A stretch of DNA of 52,251 nucleotides, the filler included, from Streblomastix strix (Eukaryota): assembly GCA_008636045.1 (NCBI GenBank). It is 2 parts of 2 records of this genome, joined end to end, with 100 filler letters (N's around TTAATTAATTAA, not from the genome) between each part and the next. Parts side by side here need not be neighbours in the genome. Positions count along the whole stretch, not along the records: positions 1 to 26,088 come from SNRW01000181.1; 1 more part is not named here. One strand, written 5' to 3'. The notes below the pieces were generated by a model. The model did not search any database, had not been told where the DNA came from, and worked only from the letters and a program-made list of their open reading frames with translations. Both the position numbers and the translations under genes were made by a program. Below, piece after piece: positions 1-11,485 of this stretch (position 1 is its first letter; each line of letters opens with the position of its first letter).

Positions 1-159
1 GATAAAAAAAAATGATTAATTTATCTTATTTCACCCGTAAAATAATGATTGATAGTATAATATTAGTGAAAAAAGATAAAAATAAGGTAAATTAATCATT
101 TCTATAGTCACTAAAATATTGAAAAATGCGATAAGGATGAATGAGGCTATTTTATGTGG

Positions 160-480
160 CTATTTTCCATCATAATTCACACGTTTTGATTATTTATACC
201 CGTTGGACCTATCGGGTCGCCTTAATTTAAAGATATATTATATCTCACATTAGTACAAGTTTTTCAGATTTCTAACTACTCACGTGTGCCTGCATATTAA
301 GATGCAACCCATTACGATATTGTGTTAGATTCCTGGGAAGAAACTGGTTTATGTCCATTTAATATGCAAGTAATTGATCGACTTGGCGAATGTAATCTAC
401 CAAGGAAACAATCATCACTATCTTAGAGATTTCACTATTCTGGGTAATTACTTACAGATCCAGAGTTCAGTCTAAAATGA
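160..480 (+). pseudogene. Degenerate C-terminal fragment of a pogo/Tc5-like (DDE_1) transposase
   Basis: With TAR=Gln: FPS..T..YLYPLDL (cf. LPPHTTHLLQPLD), then AYQDATHYDIVLDSWEETGLCPFN (cf. AF..TGI.P.N), then SGQLLTDPEF, TGA at 478-480. No intact start. Confidence 0.5.
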
Positions 481-733
481 AAAAAATGGATCAAAGATAA
501 GTAAGATAAATAAAATTAATCAAATAACTCTACTTCAAAAACTTAAAATGAAACTGAAACATAAATTAAAATTCAAAGATTTACAAAGCTTTTATTGAGC
601 TTCAAATAGTAAAATTAAAATGAAAAATTTTTATTTCATTGAATATTTTTAAATTACATATGAAAAATTACTAATTGTTATGAAAATTTAATTTTATTCT
701 CATATTTGCAAAATTTTTATTGTTGAACACCTA

Positions 734-757
734 CAGGGGACTCAAAAAGTTTTTTCC
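734..757 (+). repeat. Mariner terminal inverted repeat (left)
   Basis: Pairs with 1989-2012; preceded by TA. Confidence 0.93.
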
Positions 758-804
758 GCATATTTTATTTTTTAAGTACTATGTATTTATAAATACAATA
801 ATAA

Positions 805-1854
805 TCAAAATATGTAACTTCCGTCGCCGAATGCAACTGCATAACAGCGATCTCTCCACTCATCGAAGACGGATTTCAGTTTCGCTTCTGATTATCCTGC
901 GAGCCAGCCTTTGACGAAATTTTCCAACTGCTCTTGCTCCTAGAATCGCTATCCCTTCATTGACCTCTTCAAATCTCCGAATAACCAGAAATCTGAAGGG
1001 GCCAAATCAAGACTATACGCAGGATTATCCACACGGTGAAGAATCGTGTCTTTTACGTAATTCTTTGATATTTTGCTATTGTGTACTGGACTATTGTCAA
1101 TACGTAAAATTACTTCAGTATCTATGTCTGGATATTCATCATCAATTGCGTCCATCGTTGGTCCAAGTATTCTATCGATAAAAACGTGCGAATTCATCGT
1201 AATTCCATGAGGAAGGAAATCTTTCAGCCAAAACCTCTTGCCAGAAAACATCACCGTCAGCATCGTCTTTGACGTTGCAACAGTTGTTTTTTCATGCTCG
1301 TATCGAAGCGTTCCTTTAGGTGCCCATTTGCCAGCATTCGGATATGAATATAGAATCCACGACTCATCCCCAGTGATTATGAATTCGTAGTTATTTCTTT
1401 TCGCAAAAGTTAACCATTCATGAAGTTGTCCTGCATAAATAACACGATTATCTTTTTGTTCTTGTGAAAGTTCATGAGCCACCCATCTGTTTTTCAAAAA
1501 TACATAGCCCATGACGTCGCGCAAGCGCTGTAAAATTGTACCTTCAGAATGCCCTGTCGATTCCGCCATGTAGGAAGCACTAGATTCTGGTTCTGCTGCT
1601 AATATTGTTTTAATTTAATCTGTTAAGTCAGCAATTGCAGGCCTACCTTACCTCGGTGCATCAACGATCGCAATATTTCCAGATTCGTATCGCGCGTAAA
1701 GATTCCGTACGGTGCGGTCAGTTGGATGGTTCAAAGGATATGTTGTCGCAAGCGCGTCAAATGCTTCAACTGTACTTTTGTTCAGCATCCAGTAATTCTT
1801 AACCACAGATCGAATTTCGAGCTTATGAAGTTGGGCAGGTGTGAGTGATTTCAT
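805..1854 (-). CDS. Mariner transposase, 349 aa
   Basis: ORFs 1648-1854 and 949-1569 are in one frame and join when 5 TAA/TAG are read as Gln; ends ...FGDGSYIF-TGA (805-807). Motifs DAPRQGRP, WVAHEL, ITGDESW, RIDNSPVH, YSLDLAPSDF, with 34 residues between the 2nd and 3rd catalytic Asp. Confidence 0.93.
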
Positions 1855-1988
1855 ATATTTGTGGGACAGATCCGCAATTAAAAATAAATTTTTTATCTAA
1901 GCTTTAAAAAGGAAAGAAGATTTAATAAATAAATTTATTTTTTATTATATAATTCAAAATTATTAGATATAAGATCTGAAATGTCGAA

Positions 1989-2012
1989 GGAAAAAACTTT
2001 TTGAGCCCCTTG
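1989..2012 (-). repeat. Mariner terminal inverted repeat (right)
   Basis: Pairs with 734-757; followed by TA. Confidence 0.93.
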
Positions 2013-2175
2013 TAATTTGAATAAATTATTTTTTTGTCACAATAATCTAGAAATGATTTTTTATTTTATTAAAGTCAATCTTAATTTGGATTTTAACAAC
2101 AATTTTTTTAGATACATTTCAATATTCTATTATATTTTTGTAAATTATTTCCAATGTATCCCTCCCAATAAAAAA

Positions 2176-3290
2176 ATGAAAGGTTGTTAGATTGCAAATT
2201 AGTAGTTAGAATGCAAACTTCCCTAAAAGAAAAAATAAAAAAAAGATAAATTATTATAATTATAGTAATAATAATTTGAATTGGAAAACAAATATGAATA
2301 AGAATAATAACTAGGAGAAGAATAAAAAAGAAAATAAGGAAAAGAAGAATATAAAAGAAAATAATTAGAAGAAGAATAAAAAAGAAAATAATTTAAAGAA
2401 GAATAAAAAAGAAAATGATTAGAAGAAGATTAATAAATGAAAATAATTATAAGAAGATTTAAAAAGAAAATAAATAGAAGAATAAAAACAAAAAGCATTA
2501 GAAGATGAATTAAAAAGAAAATTTCAAACTGTTCCATTGAACAGGGATAAACTCAAAGTAATGGAGAAGAAATGGTATATTTTATTTATTAATTCATAAT
2601 TGATCATCTTAATTAAATATTATTATTCGTTTTGTAAATTATTTTACTTTCTTTTATTTTATTAATCAGAATAAACTAATGTTGTAGAAGGATATTGAAA
2701 TAGGGATTGAGATGAAAGTGGATAAGATAAAAGGTAAAAGTAATAATAAATTATAATATTTTAGATTTGAAGAATAATTTCATTATTATATTTATATCCA
2801 ATTAAGATTAAGAAGAAAAAAAGCATAATTTGCAGCAATTACTATTGCACGAGAAGAATGAAAAACACACTAATGTTTGCAATTATCCATTTATTATATT
2901 CGTTATTATTTTACAATAATTATTATATTTATTATTATTTTTTGAAATTGAAGAAGAAAATGATAGGAAAAATGGAGATGATATCAGAAGGAAGATAAAG
3001 TTTAGTGAAATAGAGAATAAAAAATAAAGAAGATGATGAAAACGAAGATGGAAATAAGAAATCATGATTTGAATCAGATGAAGTGTCAGAAGAAAGATAA
3101 GAAAGAGAAAAAAAATGGAATTTGAATATATATTTGTTGGACTTGATGAATTACAAGATGAATAAGCTCTATTAAAAGAATGTGCTGATGGAGATAGTGA
3201 AAATTAATAGAAATGAAGAGGAAGTAGGAAGAAAAATAAGTTAATATAGAAGGATGAAAGAAGTGATCATAAAATAAGTATAAATATAAT
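2176..3290 (+). pseudogene. Decayed intron-containing gene for a charged coiled-coil protein
   Basis: E/K/Q/R-rich exon-like blocks separated by GT..AG AT-rich segments (e.g. 2575-2669). Frameshift near 2430 and several TGAs. Confidence 0.45.
2311..2520 (+). repeat. 27-bp coding tandem repeat (about 7-8 degenerate copies, LEEEQKRKQ)
   Basis: Repeated unit tta gaa gaa gaa taa aaa aga aaa taa. Confidence 0.7.
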
Positions 3291-3732
3291 GTTTCTTATT
3301 AAAGTTTAATATGATATTTATAATATTTTCATAAAATTTAGATAAATGAACTATTGCGTAAATGAACTTAATAATAATATTAAATTTTAATTAAATTATG
3401 GAAAATTATTGAAAAGTGATATATTCATTCTATGATATAACTATTTATTATTTATATTTTTATTAATTATCTCTTTATTAAATTTTCTACAATTTTTTTC
3501 GGTATGATTTTTTTGATTTAAAACTTATTTTTTGTTTATTTTTTGTTTTTGAGTATAATTTATTATAGAAAAATGAAATAAGCAAACATTAGACTACTTA
3601 TTTGCTGTAATAGTATGTTATTATATTTTAATAACTAAATAATTTTACAATATATAGACTCTCTTAAACTAAACAAAAATAAAATAATAATATAATACAT
3701 TTAATATATTCAATGTTAAATAATTAAATCAC

Positions 3733-3985
3733 TCATTCCTAACTCCTCATCGACCAAAAATGGTTACTATTGATCATTGCTAAATGTAACGCTTGTCAAT
3801 CATCATAGATATCTCCATTTATAACTATTTTTTACAAATTCTAGGATCATAAATAACAATTTTTCTCTGGATCTTAGATGAAAGAGTAAATGCCTCTCAT
3901 TCACCTGCATAAGCTCCATTAATTTACACAATTTAGTTGGTGATTTGTTTTATACAATATCAGCAATAGCACTGGAAATATTCTA
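3733..3985 (-). pseudogene. Frameshifted OTU-like cysteine protease C-terminal fragment
   Basis: NGAYAGE*EAFTLSSKIQRKIVIYD ... ALHLAMINSNHFWSM resembles the OTU WGG..E..ALS...I.IY and His-loop (L.Y...HYDSL) motifs. No Cys motif recognised. Confidence 0.4.
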
Positions 3986-4599
3986 TTATAGTAGATTTAT
4001 CAAATAAATTTTATTTATTATTTAATATTTATTATTTTTTAAATTTATTTGATATGATATGTTATATTATAATTATTTAATATCATTTTATACATACATC
4101 TTCTTCATTAATTCCCTATGGATCTATATCATTCATTATTATATCTATCTTTTTCAATTCTTCTCTAGTACTTATTAAATATTCTATTTTTCTTTTATTT
4201 TTAACCTTATTATTTTACTCATCTTGATCTTTATGGTATATTATTATTTTCCTCACTTTCTTATGATTTTCTTCTTCTTTTTCAATTATTTTATTATTTT
4301 CTTCTATTCTTATAAGTATAATCATCATTACTTTATACTGATTCACTATCACTTTCACCATGATTTTTTTCAAAACCATCAAACAATTCAAAATAATTTA
4401 TTAATTATTTTGTATCAACATATTCATTTGTTTCACTACTAATTTCCTCTATCTATTTCTTTTTCTTCAATTCAGCTTATTTCTTTATCTTTTTAACAGA
4501 TTCTTTATTTTTCGACATTTAATTCTTTTTAACTTAATTATTATTTATTCATTTTTATTATGATCTTTTTCTTTTCTTTTTCCTTACTTCCATAAATTC

Positions 4600-5956
4600 T
4601 TTATCTTTAGTCAATTAATTATTATTATTGGAAGCTTATTCACTATTTAGAGAATCATCTTTTTATTTTGATTGTTCAAGATCTTAACTATTATTGTTTG
4701 ATGAATCATTAGAAATGTCACAGTTAATATCATTATTTTCCTCTGCTAAACCAGCATTTTATTCGATTTCATTATCAAATCCCTCTATGAACACAATCAT
4801 ATTTTCAATGTCGTCCAAGTCACCAGTGTGTGAATCAACCATTCTTTTTACATGTGTAATGGCAGATTTGTTTGATAAGCATTTCTTTCTTTCAGCTAGA
4901 TGATGAACAAATGTCACAACTGAATTTGTACTTGCTAATACTTCTTGTTAAATAACTGTACGAAATGCTTCATCTAAGAATGGAGCAACAGTAGATGGTG
5001 AAGATATATCTGGAGAAAGATGAACACGTCGATTGAAAAATCCAAATACTAACTCGATTGGATTTAATTCGCAGCGGAATGGTGGAATATGCGTGATCCT
5101 AGCTTTTTCATTTTTACAGAGTTTTACTACTTCATCTGTTTTATGTATAAGGAGCATTATCCATTATAAAAATCATATTAATTATATTCAGGAAAACAAC
5201 TTGTCTTAATGGTGATGTAAGAATGATGCAGAATGTCTTTGTGTCAACTCCACTTTCTACAAAAGTACATTAAATGACTCCAAATCGAAAATAATTAGCA
5301 ATAACACATGAAAGATTTTGGATCTATCTACATTTTCTTTTCATAATGCATCGTTTACCTATATACGCCCTCCCTTTTGATCTTAATTACGTGAGATTGA
5401 ATCCAGTTTCATCGATGAAGATGAAATCCACCCCAAAAACCTTTGAAAACTGATAAGACTTGATAAACAGAACTCTTTATTTCTTTATTTCGAGTGAATT
5501 TCGAGAGTATTCATGCGTTTCGATCTTTTTTATTGAATATTGGAGGAAATTCTTCTTCTTCGTTCCTTCACGTAGGTGTTAATTAACTGAAAAGGCATGA
5601 GTTTTTAGTTCAAATTTATCTAATATTTTATCTGCCAATTATTGACCAGCAATATCAACTTTTTTAGTAATTTCTTCTGTAATGAATTTACTTATTAAAG
5701 CAATTATCTTATAAAGTGTTCTTCCTCCTTTCTTTTCTTTTATCCTTATCTATTAATTACATTTCTTATTGTGTTTGTACATACTGTAAATCCTTTAGAT
5801 AAATCTTCTATTATATGTTTATCTTATTCATTTTCATCCTTTTTTTCATGTATTTAGATATGACACATATATTTATTTCTTATTCATTTGTTAATTCAAC
5901 ACTTGCCTTCCTTTGAGTTCCATCTTTCTTTAATTTTATTATATTCACTTTAACAT
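4600..5956 (-). pseudogene. Degenerate Tc1/IS630-like (DDE_3, DD34E) transposase
   Basis: HTH-like IEDLSKGFTVCTNTIRNVINR; DFIFIDETGFNL (about 5398-5430); IMDNAP|IHK (about 5145-5170, 1-nt frameshift); HIPPFRCELNPIE (about 5050-5090). D-to-E spacing is 34 after repairing the frameshift. Several frameshifts and TGAs. TIRs not identified. Confidence 0.8.
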
Positions 5957-8898
5957 TTTTCTTCTACCTCTAACTTTTTGAACAACAATCTGCAAAATTG
6001 TTTATTGTTCGATTTCTGCAATGTGTCCAAGAGGAAAATGATGAATTCTTGGAACCTCAGCTTCTTACAATCTTTCTTTTAGTAGTTATTCTAATTACTA
6101 GTCAGAAGATTCTAAATTTGTGCGGATAAATTCAGATTATAGGTTCTACGTTAAAAATCAGAAATAGAAAGAATGAAAATTAATATTACTATATTTGTTT
6201 AAATTTAATAAATATGTAATAAATATTTTGTTAAATAAATAAAATTTAAATTATCATTTTAAATTTTTTTAAATAAATGATAATAATAATATTATAATAG
6301 AATAAATAAAAATTATTCGAAATTGTTATATTCAAAAATACTTAAATTTAAATAAAAAATTTGATATAAATTTATGTTTATTATCTTAATTTATAATTAA
6401 TATAAAATCCGCATTATTTGATTCATAATATTTATGAAGAAAGAAATGTTTTAAAATCAACTCAAATTAATTAATATAATTCAATTATGGATGATATTTA
6501 AAGAGAAATTTTTATTTAAATAGCATATAAATAATTAACTAATTTTAAGTATTTATATTTGAAATCGATTTATGCCAAATAAATTTTTTTTTTGAAAAAA
6601 ATGTTGGGATTATTGGATTCGAAAATTTAAATGTTGAATATCTCCAAGAATCATAGAAATTTTTTTAATTTTATTATTTAATCATATTTAAATATGAATT
6701 ATATTTTTATAACTTTAATTGTTTATCATATTGATTATTCCACATTTCTAATATTCTAAAAATACATTAATTATCGATTTACCGACTGATCCAATAAAAT
6801 TTTGAGAGCATGCATATGTAGAAAAGTTATAGTAATATGAAATTTAATAACATTTTATAAGTGAGTTTTCCTAATTTTGAAAAAAATGCAACTGCAAAAC
6901 TTTGATTTATTCGATTGTGCTATAGTTGGCTTTGATAAACTTCCGCGTTCGTATTTGAAAGTTCGATTTTGATCTCTTTTTTCTTCCGTGCCTCTGGTAC
7001 GCTCTAGCTTCTTCAATTTACTTTTATGGATTTCAAATTACTTTCTCGTCTCTATCTTTTATATTAAAAAAAATAAATAAAAATTTAAAGTTGAAATAGG
7101 GTCCAAACCAGTTCAATCTTTTTTCTTCTAATAATCAAAGCCGCGTTTGATCTACATCAAATTATTTAAAATTCGAATTTTTTAAAAAAAACAAAATCTT
7201 TTGATTGAGGTCATTATTTAAGTTTTGAATTTAAAATTTATTATTCATATGAGATATTATAGTAATATATAAAGAATTTTGAAAGGGATTAAGTTCATAA
7301 TTTTTGGAAAAATTATTGTCAGTGTGTGTGTGCGTGTGGGGGGGTGAGGAGGTGTTTTTCCAGATGTGCAAAATTGACTATTTAATATTAAGAAAAATGT
7401 TTCTTTTATTATTTTTATTGCGTTTTTATAAAAAAAACGGTTCTCGTTAGTTCTGAGTAGAACTTCTCATATTTTGAAAAATAATTTATTTATAGTTCCA
7501 ATATTTGTTTTTACTATCAGTTCTTTGATTAGCTTAAACTTTTTAGTAATCTTATTATTTCTTTATCCAAATATTTTTTTTGATATTTTCTTCTTTTGGC
7601 TTTGGTTCTGATTCATATTTTATTGAAATAATAGAAAGAATTAGATTTTTTTCATTTCATTTTCTTAAATTTATAAATATTTGAATTATCATTTAAAATT
7701 GAATTTTTGAAATTTTTTTATTTTATATTTGTTAATTAAATTTTAAATAGAAATTAATTAATAAAATTTTTATTAAATTTATTTTATATTATCTGATTAT
7801 TAAATATATTAAATTATACTATTCATATCAAAATTTTAATATTTATTATTATTTATTGACATTAACATATGAATAAGCTATTGATCGATTCCAAAGTAAA
7901 TTAATTTTCGGTCAGAATAAATTTTACGTACATTTTTAAATTAAAGTCTCAATTTTAATATTTTGCCCTAGAATTAAAATAAAATTAGTAAAAATTAAAT
8001 ATCAAAAAAATCACATTATGCAATAAAAAAACTTGAAAAATTAAGTTGAAAAAATATTAATCCAAATTTTGAAATAAAAATTCAATTAATGTACAATAAA
8101 TTAATTTGTATAGCTTTTTTTTTAAAAAATAAATATTTTTGAATAATGAATTTACCCTGTCATATTTACTTTTTAAATAATTTTACTACACATAAATCAA
8201 GACACACAAGAAAAATTGAATTATAAATTTATTAAATCTATAAAAATCATAACAGAAATAATTAATTAAAATTAAAAAATAGTATAAATATTTGATTATT
8301 GCATTATGTGTTTGTAACTATGAATAATAATGATGTTGCTATGATTTTAATTTTTTCATTTTTGTATTCAATATTTGCTTGAATATATTGTAATATCTAC
8401 TTATGTACTTATAATTTTGAAATTGATTAATGATGTATATTGAATTAATTTTAAAATACTTAGAATAAATCAATATTTTTTTTCATTATTCAATTTATCT
8501 TCAAAATATACTCAATAATAACTGTAGAATTTGTTCAAAATATCATAAAGCTCATTTAAAAAAATTATAAAATAAAAGAGTTTTTCAAAAACAGAAAAAT
8601 CAGAATGACAAAAGATAATGAAATTAATTTGTTTTAAGAAGATAAATTAATTTTAGAAGAGTTGAATATAAGTGATTTAAAAGAACCTATTGTTATGGGT
8701 ATGAGAGAATAAATGAGTTTATATGATTAATCTTTAATATTTAATTGATACAGATTTAGATCGCACTATCTAAGCAAAATAGAATAAAGCGAGAGAAAAA
8801 TTCAATAGATTACAAGTTGATACATGACAAAGTTTTCTAAGAATGAATAAAGAAAAATTTAAACGGAATGATAGATTTTTTAAAAAAAATATGTGCTT

Positions 8899-11103
8899 AT
8901 GGAGACAAAATCAAAAATGCGTTTCGCCTCCGAATCGAACTCTTTCTACGAGAGCAATGAATATGAGCAATTTTCCATATCAAATTACATTGGACAAATT
9001 GGCCAATAGCCCGCTGAGGATATCGCAAGTCCTTTTCATATTTCTACCAGTCCTACAATCAGCGAACCCTTTGGATATTGGCATTTATGGGATTACAACA
9101 ATGATGTTGTTAGGAAATTATGCATTTAATAGGAAGAAAAAGACACCAAGGCCAGAAACATTTAAAACTTCGAAAAGCCAATCCAGCATTTAGTTCAGCA
9201 AATATTCAGCTAAACGTCAACAAATCAATCTTGTAAAAGCCATGATGACCATTAAATAGTTAATAAAGTAGTAGATCTGTCGCTCGCTTTGCTGGAGAAG
9301 GCGGCAACAAATCGATCTGAATTACTCGACAGGGGGCGAAATACAGCAGAGATCGTAGCAGCAGCCGTGTTTGATGCACTAATTATGACAGATATTGATG
9401 TAAAGGACATGATGAGCTCATTGACACAGAAAAAACGATATATGAGCGATTGCCGCGCTTTTCAGAAGTTTGTAGATATTACCGAAGTTGTTTACAGGGC
9501 TAGTCTTCATGAGTATAACTCTGCAAGTGTTGGTATCAATATAAGAGCTTCTTCTCGCTGCATTGATAATGTAGTCAACTTCCTGCAACTATGTGACGAG
9601 CTTGTGCGTAATTATTTGCATTCAGAAGATTGCATTTATTTGGATTAAGGCAAGATTTGCTTGGAGTATATCTTGGGTATTGAGAGATGTTATAGCGAGG
9701 CATGTACGAATGCAACAAAGATATTCATGCTGATGCTTACAGACATTTGGGGTCGTGAATGGCATCCAGAACTTGGTGTAAGCAGTTAGAAGAAGAAAAA
9801 TTCAAAATAAGAAAACAACAGAAAACGAACTCGTAGAGATGAAAGTGATGATGAAGATGTTGAAATCTTTGGTATTTAATAAGCATCTAATCTTAATATA
9901 CTCAATATCAATGAAACGGCTGAAATATCTGTTGAATAACTTCGTAATAATATCAAAGAAATTATCTATGAGTAACTTGAAGATCTTGATGAATAATCTT
10001 TTCATTAGAATGAAAATTCATCAAATGAACTGATCAAAACATATAATGATGAAGATTTTAATTCATATAATCATTCTACTGCATCCCAAATGATGATTGA
10101 TGAACCTAAATAAAGAAAAGAAGAACATAAATATTAAGAACAATCAAAGAAAGTTAAAAATGGGTCTAAAAAAAGAATTACATTATTTCATGCTCCATTA
10201 CCAAGAATCACAGATATTGATAATGTTTCTGAAACATCTCCTTTGTCATAACCATTTGCTAATGAGAATACAATACTTCCATTCTATATTATATGTAGAG
10301 AAGAAGAACTTTGTGAAGCGACATAAAATGTTATTTAATAACAAACATCAATTACTGATGATGATGAAAAAGAAATTGGAAATAAAAGAAAAATTAGAAA
10401 AGGAACATTTAGAGAAAGATCAAAAAAGAAGCTTGAAGAATCAATTCAATCATTTGTATATGATCAGATCTTTGGAAAGAAAGGAACGTGCAAATATGGA
10501 AATGAATATTCAATTTTAGATGAAGATGAATAATAAGATAACAATGCATCAGATTTATTATCCTGGTGTTTCTAAGTATCTGATAATATCAATATGATAC
10601 CTGCTTTAACTGAAGAGGAAGAACGTAGAGTAACTCATGAAGTATGGAAGATGCCAAACTTTGAAAGTGAAGTATTTTCAGAAGTAAAAGAATCAGTGAT
10701 AAATGAACTTCAAGAACTTACTCCTATCAAAGCTAATTCAGCAGATATTGCCTTCTAAGCAAGAACACGCACTGAAGGAAAACGCATTGAAGGAAAACGT
10801 ATTGAAGGAAAACGCATTGAAGGAAAACGCATTGAAGGAACTGGTGCAATGCCTCTTAATCTATCACGAGATGTTCTTTCATTTGCTAATAATGTGTCTG
10901 GATAACATATAGAAGATTTGAGAAAGCAGATTTTCTTATCAAAATCTCAACTTTTCAAGAATGAAGATGTTTCATGGTGTCTTAATCCATTTGGGATATA
11001 GGATCGTAAGAGCAGTCGTAAAGGAAAGGAAGTTAAATGCAATGATGAATCTGATAATTATGAATATAAGATGGAAAAGGTTAAACGAAAGAGAGATGAT
11101 TGA
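8899..11103 (+). CDS. Hypothetical protein, at least 734 aa, with an acidic low-complexity C-terminal half
   Basis: Single frame open under TAR=Gln from ATG 8899, through ORF 9289-9648, to TGA 11101-11103. The true start may be 8605 (see findings). Confidence 0.7.
10771..10839 (+). repeat. 15-bp coding tandem repeat, about 4.6 copies (IEGKR)
   Basis: attgaaggaaaacgc repeated. Confidence 0.9.
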
Positions 11104-11485
11104 TTAAAAAAGTAAATGGAATATTATGAATTGAATTGTATCATATATATTTTATTTTTTAGAGTTAATTTTTTGTCTCTACATTTAATTTAATTTTTAA
11201 TTGCTATTTATGAGTTATCACTTCAGTTTTATTTCTCTTCTATTTTAAACATTTTACTATTATTTTTGCTTCACTTCGTATTTAATTTATCATTCATTTA
11301 ATTGGATATGAATTTTCCAGATTGGATGTTTACCCACAATTAACTTAATAAAAACGCAAGCTTTATATTATTATTGCTAAATAATAAACAAAATCAAATA
11401 ATCTCTAACTTCAGAGGTTCGCGTTACCAATTCATAAATAGGACGAATATAGTTCTGGGATTTCACAAGATAAATCTGACGTAAG

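Larger units (their letters stand above)
734..2012 (-). mobile_element. Full-length mariner (Tc1/mariner, DD34D) DNA transposon, 1279 bp
   Basis: 24-bp TIRs: CAGGGGACTCAAAAAGTTTTTTCC (734-757) vs reverse complement of 1989-2012 CAAGGGGCTCAAAAAGTTTTTTCC, 22/24 identical. TA on both sides (732-733, 2013-2014). One internal transposase ORF. Confidence 0.95.

Noticed and set aside
2401..3290. TGAs in the 2176-3290 region as evidence for UGA recoding
   Set aside because: The region is frameshifted, and TGA replaces TAA in one repeat copy and AGA in another, which is ordinary decay. Not counted.
3733..5956. TGAs in Arg-like contexts in the DD34E/OTU remnant
   Set aside because: Frameshifted dead element; CGA>TGA decay explains them.
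6780..7160. Slightly GC-richer patch with a minus-strand coding-like frame
   Set aside because: No start, recognisable motif or consistent frame; at most an unidentifiable remnant.
7321..7360. GT/G-rich tract as telomere or G-quadruplex
   Set aside because: Short (GT)n plus one G run, with no regular telomeric unit.
10771..10839. CRISPR-like array
   Set aside because: Spacer-less 15-bp coding tandem repeat in a eukaryotic gene; no cas genes.
11401..11485. Coding-like sequence with in-frame TGA (11477) upstream of ATG 11486
   Set aside because: No in-frame upstream ATG; more simply a 5' UTR.
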